Source of the DNA: Pseudomonadota bacterium
GTDB lineage: Bacteria; Pseudomonadota; Gammaproteobacteria; Xanthomonadales; Xanthomonadaceae
DNA: 64,000 nucleotides
Reading direction: 5' to 3'
Assembly: GCA_018242365.1 (NCBI GenBank)
Contig: JAFECB010000006.1
Coordinates: 816 to 64,815 of the forward strand
Every line of letters begins with the position of its first letter. The stretch's first letter is position 1. Below, piece after piece: positions 54,268 through 63,371 of the stretch. The position numbers were made by a program, and so were the translations under genes. Below the pieces are notes generated by a model. That model saw only the letters and a list, made by a program, of their open reading frames with translations, searched no databases and had not been told where the DNA came from.

Positions 54268-55565
54268 GACCGACGCTGGCCCTGATCGGGATGCTGGCAG
54301 GCTGGGCATTGCTCGGCCTGGCGGTCAGCTTCGACCTGCTGCCTGCTGACGCATGGGCATTGGGCGGTGTGTTGCTGGCCTTGCTGGCATTGGCCGACGC
54401 CACCGTCGTATGGCGACAGCCGCCACCCGAGGTACAGCGGCGTCTGCCCGACGTGCTGGCGGTCGGTGTCGAACGCGAGGTCGAACTGATGCTGGTCGCG
54501 GGAACGCGGCGACAGGCGATGGACGTGTTCGACCTGCATCCGGTCGGTTGGGAATGCAGTGGGCTGCCGCGCCACGTTGACCTGCTGCCCGGCAGTGACA
54601 CGCGCCTGTCGTATCGGCTGCGCCCGGTCGAACGCGGGGATGCCGAGTTCGCCGGTGTGCACCTGCGCCTGTACTCGCCGCTGCGGCTGTGGCGTCGCCG
54701 GTGCAACGTGGCGCCTGCGCAGGCGGTGCGGGTGTTTCCGAACTTCGCGCCGTTGGCCAAATTGGCCCTGCTCGGCGATGAGCAGGCTTCGCGTGCGGTC
54801 GGCGCGCATGTGCGGCGACGGCGCGGCGAGGGCACCGATTTCCACCAGATGCGCGATTACCGCGTCGGCGACAGCCTGCGCCAGATCGACTGGAAAGCGA
54901 CCGCGCGGATGCGCCGGCTGATCTCGCGCGAATATCAGGACGAACGCAACCAGCATCTGGTGATGCTGGTCGATACCGGCCAGCGCATGCTGGCGCGCGA
55001 CGGAACGCTCTCGCATTTCGACCAGACCCTCGATGCCGCCTTGGTGGTGTCGTGGCTGGCCTTGCGCCAGGGCGATGCGGTCGGCCTGCTGGCCCACGGC
55101 GGACCGCGTCGCTGGGTGCCGCCGCAGCGGGGCGCCGGTGCCATCGACATGATGCTGCGGCAAACCTACGACCTGCAGCCAACGCCGGTGGCCACCGACT
55201 ATCTTGCGGCGGCCACCGAGCTCACCCTGCGCCAACGCCGCCGCAGCCTGGTGATGCTGGTCACCAATCTGCGCGACGAGGACAGCGAAGACCTGCTCGC
55301 TGCGGTGCGGCTGCTGCGCCAACGCCACCACGTGGTGATCGCCAGCCTGCGCGAGCAGGTGCTCGATCAAGCCCTGGACGACGAGGCGCGCGACCTGCGC
55401 GGTGCCCTGCGCGCGGCCTCCGCCGCCCGCTATCTGCAGCAACGCGCTGCGGCCCACGATGCGCTGCGCGCCCACCACGTCGCCGTGCTCGATGTCACCT
55501 GCGCCGAACTACCCGGCGCGCTGGTCGAGCGCTATCTGGCGATCAAGCGGGAAGGCTTGTTGTAA
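54264..55565 (+). CDS. DUF58 (vWA-like, MoxR-partner) protein with two N-terminal TM helices
   Basis: The GTG start forms a GTGA overlap with the moxR stop. It has the DUF58 hallmark GEGTDFHQMRDYRVGDSLRQIDWKATARMRRLISREYQDE, then VMLVDTGQRM (degenerate MIDAS region). Confidence 0.85.
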   Translation: MRPTLALIGMLAGWALLGLAVSFDLLPADAWALGGVLLALLALADATVVWRQPPPEVQRRLPDVLAVGVEREVELMLVAGTRRQAMDVFDLHPVGWECSGLPRHVDLLPGSDTRLSYRLRPVERGDAEFAGVHLRLYSPLRLWRRRCNVAPAQAVRVFPNFAPLAKLALLGDEQASRAVGAHVRRRRGEGTDFHQMRDYRVGDSLRQIDWKATARMRRLISREYQDERNQHLVMLVDTGQRMLARDGTLSHFDQTLDAALVVSWLALRQGDAVGLLAHGGPRRWVPPQRGAGAIDMMLRQTYDLQPTPVATDYLAAATELTLRQRRRSLVMLVTNLRDEDSEDLLAAVRLLRQRHHVVIASLREQVLDQALDDEARDLRGALRAASAARYLQQRAAAHDALRAHHVAVLDVTCAELPGALVERYLAIKREGLL

Positions 55566-55592
55566 GGCGGGAGCACGACGCCGTTGCGGCGC

Positions 55593-56426
55593 TCAGTCCG
55601 CGGTGAACAGCGCCGCCGAGCGCGCTGACAGCTGCGCGAACACGGCTTCGGTCTCCGGGCGGACGCCGTGCCAGAGCAGGAAGCTTTCCGCGGCCTGTTC
55701 GACCAGCATGCCGAGCCCATCGACGGCCATCGTGCAGCCAGCGGCGCGGGCCCAGGCGAGGAATGGCACGGCGACTTCGCCATAGCTCAGGTCGACCGCG
55801 ATACTGCGTTTCTCCGCCAATGCCATCGGCAGTTTCAGCATCTCGCCGGCATGGAAGGCGGAGGTGGCATTGATCAGCAGGTCATAGCTGCCCAGCTTCG
55901 GCAACGCATCCCAGCCACGGGCATGCACGCGGGCGGGTTCGCCCAAGGCATCGGCCAGCGCATCGGCGCGTTCGCGGGTGCGATTGACGATCATCAGTTC
56001 GCGGATGCCGGCGTCGAGCAGCGCCGGCGTGACTCCGCGCGCGGCACCGCCAGCGCCCAGCATCAGCACTCGCCGTTGGCGCAGGTCGATGCCGTGGCGT
56101 TCGGTGAGGTCGCGGACCAGGCCGATGCCGTCGGTGTTGTCGCCGCGCCAGCCCTCGTCGTCGCGGACCAGGGTGTTGACCGCGCGGGCACGTTGCGCGC
56201 GCGTGCTGACCCGATCACCGCACAGGGCGAATGCCACTTCCTTGAGCGGCAGAGTGATGTTGGCGCCATCGACGCCACTGGCGGCAAGCTTGCCGGCGAA
56301 ATCCTCCGGCCCTGCTTCGATGGCGGTGTAGTCGAGCGCGATGCGGGCTTGCTTCGCAAATGCCGCGTGGATGAAGGGTGATTGCGAGTGGGTAATCGGA
56401 GAGCCGAAGACTGCGTAGCGTTGCAT
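55593..56426 (-). CDS. aroE: Shikimate dehydrogenase
   Basis: ATG 56426 (GGAGG upstream) starts [24 protein letters not shown]. Other motifs are NITLPLK, NTDGIG and [12 protein letters not shown]. The track's 16-aa extension comes from the REP repeat. Confidence 0.9.
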   Translation of the reverse strand: MQRYAVFGSPITHSQSPFIHAAFAKQARIALDYTAIEAGPEDFAGKLAASGVDGANITLPLKEVAFALCGDRVSTRAQRARAVNTLVRDDEGWRGDNTDGIGLVRDLTERHGIDLRQRRVLMLGAGGAARGVTPALLDAGIRELMIVNRTRERADALADALGEPARVHARGWDALPKLGSYDLLINATSAFHAGEMLKLPMALAEKRSIAVDLSYGEVAVPFLAWARAAGCTMAVDGLGMLVEQAAESFLLWHGVRPETEAVFAQLSARSAALFTAD

Positions 56427-56461
56427 GAAGTCCTCCCGGGTCGTTGCCAAATCCTCGATCT

Positions 56462-56527
56462 TGTAGGAGCGCACCGCAGGGGCGCGACACGTTCCACAAC
56501 ATCGCGCCCCTGCGGTGCGCTCCTACA
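56462..56527. repeat. REPIN-like doublet: two GTAG-type REP copies in inverted orientation
   Basis: TGTAGGAGCGCACCGCAGGGGCGCGAC (56462-56488) and its inverted copy ATCGCGCCCCTGCGGTGCGCTCCTACA (56501-56527) are separated by 12 nt. They lie between the aroE start and the hemB stop (56531). Confidence 0.9.
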
Positions 56528-56530
56528 GGA

Positions 56531-57529
<999 letters not shown>

Positions 57530-57652
57530 TTACGCGCGCACCTAACAGGCTGCTGAAGTACCTCACCCCTCATGAACTCCCGACGACACGGCAACAGCAG
57601 AGCATCGATGCGCGGCGCAGACGTTTTCAGCGACCCGTCCTACACTTCCCTC

Positions 57653-58132
57653 ATGCTGCACGTCATCCTCCACCGCCCGGAAATTCCGCCCAACACCGGC
57701 AACGTGATCCGACTGTGCGCCAATACCGGCGCGCAATTGCACCTGGTGCGGCCATTGGGGTTCGATCTCGACGACCGGCAGCTGCGGCGTGCCGGGCTGG
57801 ACTACCACGAGTACGCGACGCTGCAGGTGCACGACGACCTCGATGCCGCGCTGGATGTCATCGCCGCGCACACGGGTGCGCAGCCACGAGTGTTCGCACT
57901 GTCCACTCGTGGCGCGCAGCGCTACAACGCGCCAGCCTATCGCGACGGTGATGCGTTCCTGTTCGGCAGCGAGACCGCTGGCCTACCGCCCGAGGTGTGG
58001 GCGCTGATTCCCGACGAACAGCGATTGCGCCTGCCGATGCGGCCAAACAACCGCAGCCTCAACCTGTCCAACGCGGTCGCGGTGATGGTATTCGAGGCGT
58101 GGCGACAGACCGGGTTTGACGGCGGCAGTTGA
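57653..58132 (+). CDS. trmL: tRNA (cytidine/uridine(34)-2'-O)-methyltransferase TrmL (SpoU/TrmH family)
   Basis: ATG 57653 starts MLHVILHRPEIPPNTGNVIRLCANTG. Other motifs are LLFGSETAGLP and SLNLSNAVAVMVFEAWRQ. Confidence 0.9.
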   Translation: MLHVILHRPEIPPNTGNVIRLCANTGAQLHLVRPLGFDLDDRQLRRAGLDYHEYATLQVHDDLDAALDVIAAHTGAQPRVFALSTRGAQRYNAPAYRDGDAFLFGSETAGLPPEVWALIPDEQRLRLPMRPNNRSLNLSNAVAVMVFEAWRQTGFDGGS

Positions 58133-58145
58133 GCCACCACGCGCG

Positions 58146-59180
58146 TCATTCCAGCAGATTGACGTTGCGGGTGATTTTCCCGGTCTTGAGGTCGATCTGC
58201 AGCAGCTGCGAGGCGTTGGCCAGCAACAGCGATTCCCCTTGCAGCACGAACTGCTCGGTGTCGAAATCATTGGCCCAATCGCCGCGCGTCTGCGGCAGCG
58301 GCGTGCTCCAGCGGGTGGCCAGCGTTGCCGGGTCCACCAGACTCAGCAGCTTGTGCTGGCCGCTGGTCTTGTCGGTGCGCGAGAGCACCAGCATGCCACC
58401 GTCGAACAGCGTCGCCGGGCGCTCGTGCATGCTGTCCTCGGCGCCGAGGAACAGATACTGGGGCTTCAGGAAATCCACCTGCGAGCGTTGTGTCGGGTCG
58501 TTCTCGCGCGCGATGTAGCGCCGCCCGTCGCCGGCCTCGCGCAGCCCCTTGGGCAATTCCCCGTCCAACTGCCGGGAGATTCCCCGGAACGACTCGAACT
58601 CGCCGGTAGCGACCTGCGCGGCGCCGGTCTCCGGGTTCAGCCGGTAGGTGCGCCCGTCCTTGCCCTGGAACAGCACGGCGTCCGGCTGCGCCGGATCTCG
58701 GCGGAAGTCGGTGAAGCTCGCCCCATCGAGCGCCATCCCGGGGTTGCGCTCCAGCAGCGCCGCACCGGTGAAGGTGAGCGTTCGGGAAGCCATTGAAAAC
58801 ACCATCGGTGCCAGCGATTCGCCTTGATGGCCCTGGCAGGCGATCACCACATAGGCATCGTTGGCCGTGCCCAGCTGCGGGAAGGTGCAGTCGGAGCTGT
58901 CGATTTCCAGCGGCGCGTCCAGCAGCTTGCGCCCACTGGCGGTGTCCACGACTTGCAGGTAATTGGTGTTCGAGCCACGCCGCGTCGTGCTTCCACCCTT
59001 GCGCTCGTAGGAGTAGATGAACGTGCTGTGGTAGATGTACGCGTAGTACCTGCCGCTGGCGCTGAAATCCCCCTGAAAGACTTGCGCGGGCTGGCGTCCC
59101 ATCTCGGAGCAGGACGCAAGCAACAGTACGCCAGCGGCGATCGCCAGCAAGCTGTTAACGGTTTGCTTCAGTTGCACCAT
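58146..59180 (-). CDS. Hypothetical lipoprotein, about 344 aa, no recognised domain
   Basis: ATG 59180 starts MVQLKQTVNSLLAIAAGVLLLASC (lipobox LASC). The remainder is beta-rich in appearance (repeated hydrophobic/Gly-Asp turns), and I recognise no family motif. Confidence 0.6.
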   Translation of the reverse strand: MVQLKQTVNSLLAIAAGVLLLASCSEMGRQPAQVFQGDFSASGRYYAYIYHSTFIYSYERKGGSTTRRGSNTNYLQVVDTASGRKLLDAPLEIDSSDCTFPQLGTANDAYVVIACQGHQGESLAPMVFSMASRTLTFTGAALLERNPGMALDGASFTDFRRDPAQPDAVLFQGKDGRTYRLNPETGAAQVATGEFESFRGISRQLDGELPKGLREAGDGRRYIARENDPTQRSQVDFLKPQYLFLGAEDSMHERPATLFDGGMLVLSRTDKTSGQHKLLSLVDPATLATRWSTPLPQTRGDWANDFDTEQFVLQGESLLLANASQLLQIDLKTGKITRNVNLLE

Positions 59181-59280
59181 CGGTTGTTCCCTCTGTCCTG
59201 GCCACTTCCATTCTGTACGCCCTTTTCCTGAAAAAGCGGACAGCGCGTTTACGCCTGCACACCTGAACAAATACTGGACG

Positions 59281-59304
59281 ATTCAGTTTGGTATTCAGTT
59301 TGTG
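59281..59304 (+). repeat. Tandem 12-bp direct repeat ATTCAGTTTGGT / ATTCAGTTTGTG upstream of the Ax21-family gene
   Basis: Two adjacent copies (10/12 identical) lie 79-102 nt upstream of the Ax21 ATG. The sequence is unusually AT-rich for this window. Confidence 0.8.
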
Positions 59305-59382
59305 TTGGCGTGCGGGAGTCGAGAGTGCGCGCACGTTCCGCCGACGCGCGGAGCGGCAATCAATCACACGGAGGTTTCCCCC

Positions 59383-59943
59383 ATGAAGCGTCAAATTCTT
59401 GCTCTCGCCCTGTGCGCCGCCGCCATCCCGTTCACCGCATCCGCCGCTGACGGCGTCAACTACAACTACGTGCAGGGTGGCTACGCGGCCACCAATGCCA
59501 GCGGTCCGGATGCCGATGGCTGGGGCCTGGGTGGTTCGGTTGCAGTGCATCCGAACGTGCACCTGTTCGCCCAGTACAGCAACCAGGGCATCAACCACAC
59601 CAGCATCGATTTCGACACGTGGCGCGTCGGCGGCGGCTACAACACCGCAGTCGGCAAGAACACCGACTTCGTGGCCAACGTCGCCTATGAGCGCATCGAT
59701 GCCGGTTCCGGCGTCAATGCCGACGGTTACAGCATCGAAGGTGGCGTCCGCAGCGCGCTGGCACACAACTTCGAAGGCTATGCGATGGTCGGCTACCTCG
59801 ACGGCAACCACGTCAGTGGCGAGGCTTACGGCCGCGTCGGTGCCACGGTCAAGTTCAGCCCGAATTGGGGTGTGAACGCCGACGTGCGCGTGATCAATGG
59901 CGGCACCACCGAATGGTTCGTGGGCCCGCGCTTCAGCTGGTAA
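59383..59943 (+). CDS. Ax21-family outer-membrane beta-barrel protein
   Basis: GGAGG lies 8 nt upstream of ATG 59383. The signal peptide is MKRQILALALCAAAIPFTASA. The sequences NYNYVQGGY...DADGWG...FDTWRVGGGYN...DGYSIEGGVR...NWGVNADV...EWFVGPRFSW closely parallel Xanthomonas/Stenotrophomonas Ax21. Confidence 0.85.
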   Translation: MKRQILALALCAAAIPFTASAADGVNYNYVQGGYAATNASGPDADGWGLGGSVAVHPNVHLFAQYSNQGINHTSIDFDTWRVGGGYNTAVGKNTDFVANVAYERIDAGSGVNADGYSIEGGVRSALAHNFEGYAMVGYLDGNHVSGEAYGRVGATVKFSPNWGVNADVRVINGGTTEWFVGPRFSW

Positions 59944-59969
59944 CGGATGTCCTGCATCCTCGTGATACC

Positions 59970-59999
59970 AAAACGCCCGGCACTGCCGGGCGTTTTTTT
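59970..59999. terminator. Bidirectional rho-independent terminator
   Basis: AAAA CGCCCGGC ACT GCCGGGCG TTTTTTT forms an 8-bp GC stem flanked by an A-run and a T7-run. It lies between the convergent Ax21 and gpsA genes. Confidence 0.85.
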
Positions 60000-60031
60000 C
60001 TGGATGATGGCTGTGTGCGCCTGACCGGCCC

Positions 60032-61060
60032 TCAGCCGAACAACGCCTGCGGATATTCGGCCTTGCGTTCGCGCGCCATCAACCGACCCAGCCCTTCCGC
60101 CGGAGTGATCTCGCCGTGCAGCACGTCACGCACGTTTTCCGCGATCGGCAGCTCGATCCCATGCAGCTCGGCCAGCCGCATGACCTCATCGGCGGTCTGC
60201 AGCGATTCCACCACCTGACCGATTTCGCGCACCGCCGTATCGATCGGGGTTCCGCGTCCCAGCGCCAAACCCAGCCGTCGGTTGCGTGACAGGTCGCCGG
60301 TGCAGGTCAGCACCAGATCGCCCAAGCCTGCCAGCCCCATCAGGGTTTCCGGCTGGCCGCCCAGCGCCAGATTCAGCCGCAGCATCTCGTTCAGGCCGCG
60401 GGTGATCAGGCCAGCACGCGCGTTCAGGCCCAGGCCCATGCCATCGGCGACGCCGGTGGCGACCGCCAGCACGTTCTTCATCGCGCCGCCCAGTTCGGCA
60501 CCGCGCATGTCGTTGCCGGTATAGGCGCGAAACGCCGGCCCGTGCAGGGCATCGGCCACCTGCCTGCAGAACGCATCGTCATCCGAATGCACGGTCAGTG
60601 CGGTCGGCAGGCCTTGCGCCACTTCCTTGGCGAACGAGGGCCCGGTGACGACGGCCAGCGGTACGCCGGGCCCCAGCACCTCACCCGCGACTTCATGCAG
60701 GAAGCGGCCGCTGCCAGGCTCGAAACCCTTGGTCGCCCATGCCACCCCGGCATGGCCGGGACGCAGCGGCGCCATGGACTGCAAGGTGTGCGCGAAGGCA
60801 TGCGAGGGCACCACCACCAGCACCAGATCGGCGTCGGCCATCGCGACGGCAAGATCGGTGGTGGCCTGCAACTCGACCGGCAGCGCAATGCCCGGCAGAT
60901 AGCGTGGATTGCCCTTGCCCGCGGACATGGCCGCGATGGTGTCCGGATCGCGACCCCAGAGCGTGGTTGGATAGCCATGGCGCGCGGTCAGCGCCGCCAG
61001 TGCGGTGCCCCATGAGCCGGCACCGAGGACGGCGAGCGTCGGTTTGTCGGTTTTCCCCAT
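60032..61060 (-). CDS. gpsA: NAD(P)H-dependent glycerol-3-phosphate dehydrogenase
   Basis: 342 aa. Motifs are [31 protein letters not shown] and the C-terminal region. It sits in secB-gpsA synteny. Confidence 0.92.
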   Translation of the reverse strand: MGKTDKPTLAVLGAGSWGTALAALTARHGYPTTLWGRDPDTIAAMSAGKGNPRYLPGIALPVELQATTDLAVAMADADLVLVVVPSHAFAHTLQSMAPLRPGHAGVAWATKGFEPGSGRFLHEVAGEVLGPGVPLAVVTGPSFAKEVAQGLPTALTVHSDDDAFCRQVADALHGPAFRAYTGNDMRGAELGGAMKNVLAVATGVADGMGLGLNARAGLITRGLNEMLRLNLALGGQPETLMGLAGLGDLVLTCTGDLSRNRRLGLALGRGTPIDTAVREIGQVVESLQTADEVMRLAELHGIELPIAENVRDVLHGEITPAEGLGRLMARERKAEYPQALFG

Positions 61061-61230
61061 GCCGAAAGCCTACCGTGATTGCGGCGGAAAAGGCGCAAGC
61101 GACTGTCGCCGCATTGCGCTCCGATACGTGCGCTGTTCAGGCAGGTACAACACCCGCCACGCACAGGCGACGGCGGGGTCACGCATCATCCAGGCCATGA
61201 TCCGCACGCGGTTTCCGCGCGCAGCGTGGA

Positions 61231-61746
61231 TCAGGCGTTGCCAGCGGTCTCGGCGTTGGCCAGGGCGCTGCCCTGTCCCTGCGCGGCGCGCTGGCGCAGC
61301 GATTCGGCATACAGCGCCTCGAAGTTCAGCGGCTGCATCGGGAACGGCGGGAAGCCGCCAGTCGTCACCAGCTGGCCGATCGCGGCCGCGGCATACGGGT
61401 ACAGCAGGTTCGGGCACTGGATGCCGAGCATCGCGTCGAGGGTCGGATCGTCGAAACCGCCGAGGCCGAACACGCCGGCCTGCACCACTTCGGCGAGGTA
61501 GGCGTTGTGCTCGTTGATATTGCAGGTCAGGGTGATGCCGAGGCTGACCTCGTAGGCATTCTCGGCAAGCCGGGTCACCTTCTGGTTCAGCTTCATCTGC
61601 AGGTCCGGCTGGCCCTGTTCGTTGAACACCTGCGGGGTGTTGGGCGCTTCGAACGAGGCATCCTTCAGGTACATCTTCTCGACGGTGAAGGTCGGCTGCG
61701 TCTGCTCGGCGACCGGGGCAGCGCCGTTCAGGGTTTCATCGGACAT
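61231..61746 (-). CDS. secB: Protein-export chaperone SecB
   Basis: 171 aa. Features are [17 protein letters not shown]..., [36 protein letters not shown] and an acidic/Gln-rich tail. Confidence 0.9.
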   Translation of the reverse strand: MSDETLNGAAPVAEQTQPTFTVEKMYLKDASFEAPNTPQVFNEQGQPDLQMKLNQKVTRLAENAYEVSLGITLTCNINEHNAYLAEVVQAGVFGLGGFDDPTLDAMLGIQCPNLLYPYAAAAIGQLVTTGGFPPFPMQPLNFEALYAESLRQRAAQGQGSALANAETAGNA

Positions 61747-61899
61747 GGGGAACTCCAGGAATTCGGCGGCGCGGCCGCGCGGACAAGTGGGGAATTATCG
61801 CATCGCGCGCGGCGATCTGCCCGGCGATCCGTTTGAATTGGGGATGCCGACGCTGATTCACAAGGGCAGCGCCAACGCGATGCTGTCTGATCGAGAGGC

Positions 61900-62334
61900 T
61901 CAGCGGCCCTTGACCAGGGGCATATCGGCACCCCGCCACGCCTGCACGCCGCCGTCGAGCACGCTGACCTGGGTGAAACCGGCCTTGCGCAGGCGCGCGG
62001 CCGCGGTCTGCGCGGTCTGCCCGGACTGGCAGACCAGCACCACCGGCAAGGACTTCACCGGTGCCAACTGCTTGTTCTCAGGATCGAACTGGCTAAGCTG
62101 GACGTTTTTGGCCCCGGCGATATGGCCTTTTTCGAACTCGACCGGTGTGCGCAGGTCCACCACCAGCGCATTGTCGCGATTCATCAGGCCGACCAGGACT
62201 GACGGCCCGATCCGGCGGATGCCACTCAGGCGCAGGGCGATCTCGACACCGATCAGGGCGACGGTGATGACGGCCAGCGCGATGGACAGCTGGGGATGGC
62301 GGCCGGCAAAGGCGGCGAGTTCGGCAAAGCTCAC
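61900..62334 (-). CDS. Membrane-anchored rhodanese-domain protein (YibN-like)
   Basis: The inferred GTG start at 62334 gives VSFAELAAFAGRHPQLSIALAVITVALIGV (TM helix), then a rhodanese domain: VVDLRTPVEFEKGHIAGAKN and the active-site loop VLVCQSGQTA. The track start further upstream was rejected. Confidence 0.75.
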   Translation of the reverse strand: MSFAELAAFAGRHPQLSIALAVITVALIGVEIALRLSGIRRIGPSVLVGLMNRDNALVVDLRTPVEFEKGHIAGAKNVQLSQFDPENKQLAPVKSLPVVLVCQSGQTAQTAAARLRKAGFTQVSVLDGGVQAWRGADMPLVKGR

Positions 62335-62386
62335 GAAGGGCGACCCGGAAACGGCAAGGGCGGCAATTGTAGCCGCTTGCGTTACC

Positions 62387-62812
62387 TCAATCCTGCTGCC
62401 ACAAATCCGGCAGGCTGGACATCTGCCACCAGGTCTTGTGTGCCTCGTCGTAATGCCACTGTTCGCGGTAACGCACGGTGCGCTCGACCATGGTGTACTT
62501 GTTGACCACGCCAATCTCGATTTCGCGCAGTACGTCGCCATTGCCCAGCACGCTGCTGCCGAGTTCGCGATAACCGGAAATCTGCACCTGCTTGTAGCGG
62601 GAGAAATCGATGTCGGTCAGCGGATGTTCTTCCCGGACCTTGGGATCAACGAGGTTCCAGGCGCCTTCGAAGTTGCCCCAGCGGATCGCCGCCGAATAGT
62701 CTCTCTGGTTTTGCTCCAGCACCGTGCCCTTGCCGCCGCCTTCCTCCGGGCAGCCGGACAACGACAGGATCAGGCAGCACAACAGCAGGCAGCGCATCCA
62801 AAGTCGGGCCAT
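62387..62812 (-). CDS. Small lipoprotein of unknown function
   Basis: ATG 62812 (or 62797) starts MARLWMRCLLLCCLILSLSGC (lipobox). About 140 aa with no recognised domain. Confidence 0.6.
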   Translation of the reverse strand: MARLWMRCLLLCCLILSLSGCPEEGGGKGTVLEQNQRDYSAAIRWGNFEGAWNLVDPKVREEHPLTDIDFSRYKQVQISGYRELGSSVLGNGDVLREIEIGVVNKYTMVERTVRYREQWHYDEAHKTWWQMSSLPDLWQQD

Positions 62813-62856
62813 CGAAGCTCTCCACTCCTCGCTTGTCTGCATCCTACCTGCTCGCA

Positions 62857-63327
62857 TCAGCTTTTGCCGATTGCGACGAAACGGCCGGAGAAGGTTGCAG
62901 CCACCGCGCCATCGACCAGCAGGGTACGCGCACGCAGGCGCGCCCCGGCCCGACCTTGGCGCGACAACGTCTCGGCCAGCGTCAATCGGTCGCCATCGTC
63001 GTCGAACTTCGCTTCGACTTCGATGTCCTGGAATACCGGCTTCAGGTAACGCACCTGACTGTCCGCCACATAGACCTCGGCACTGGCACCGGCATCGGCC
63101 AGCACCAGCGACACCAGCCCCCAGGCCGCGATGGTCATCAGCGAGACCATGCTGCCGCCGAACGCGCAGCCCTTGTCGTTGACATTGGCCGCCAGCGGTG
63201 CGCGCAGGCGCAGCAGGCCGTCATGCCATTCGAGGATCTCGGGCTGCAGTGCCGCCACCGGCGGCATGCCGAGGAAATGTCCGTTCAGCTCGGCCAGGGC
63301 CGACGCGTGTTTCACGAGTGCATCCAT
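62857..63327 (-). CDS. Hotdog-fold thioesterase (YiiD C-terminal / DUF4442-like)
   Basis: ATG 63327 starts MDALVKHASALAELNGHFLGMPPVAAL. The segment ...NDKGCAFGGSMVSLMTIAAWGLV... is typical of YiiD_C-type putative thioesterases. The upstream 118 codons of the track ORF were rejected. Confidence 0.6.
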   Translation of the reverse strand: MDALVKHASALAELNGHFLGMPPVAALQPEILEWHDGLLRLRAPLAANVNDKGCAFGGSMVSLMTIAAWGLVSLVLADAGASAEVYVADSQVRYLKPVFQDIEVEAKFDDDGDRLTLAETLSRQGRAGARLRARTLLVDGAVAATFSGRFVAIGKS

Positions 63328-63371
63328 CACGACAGCCTGCCGCAAGCGAGCCGCTGTGCCAAGCTTGTGGC

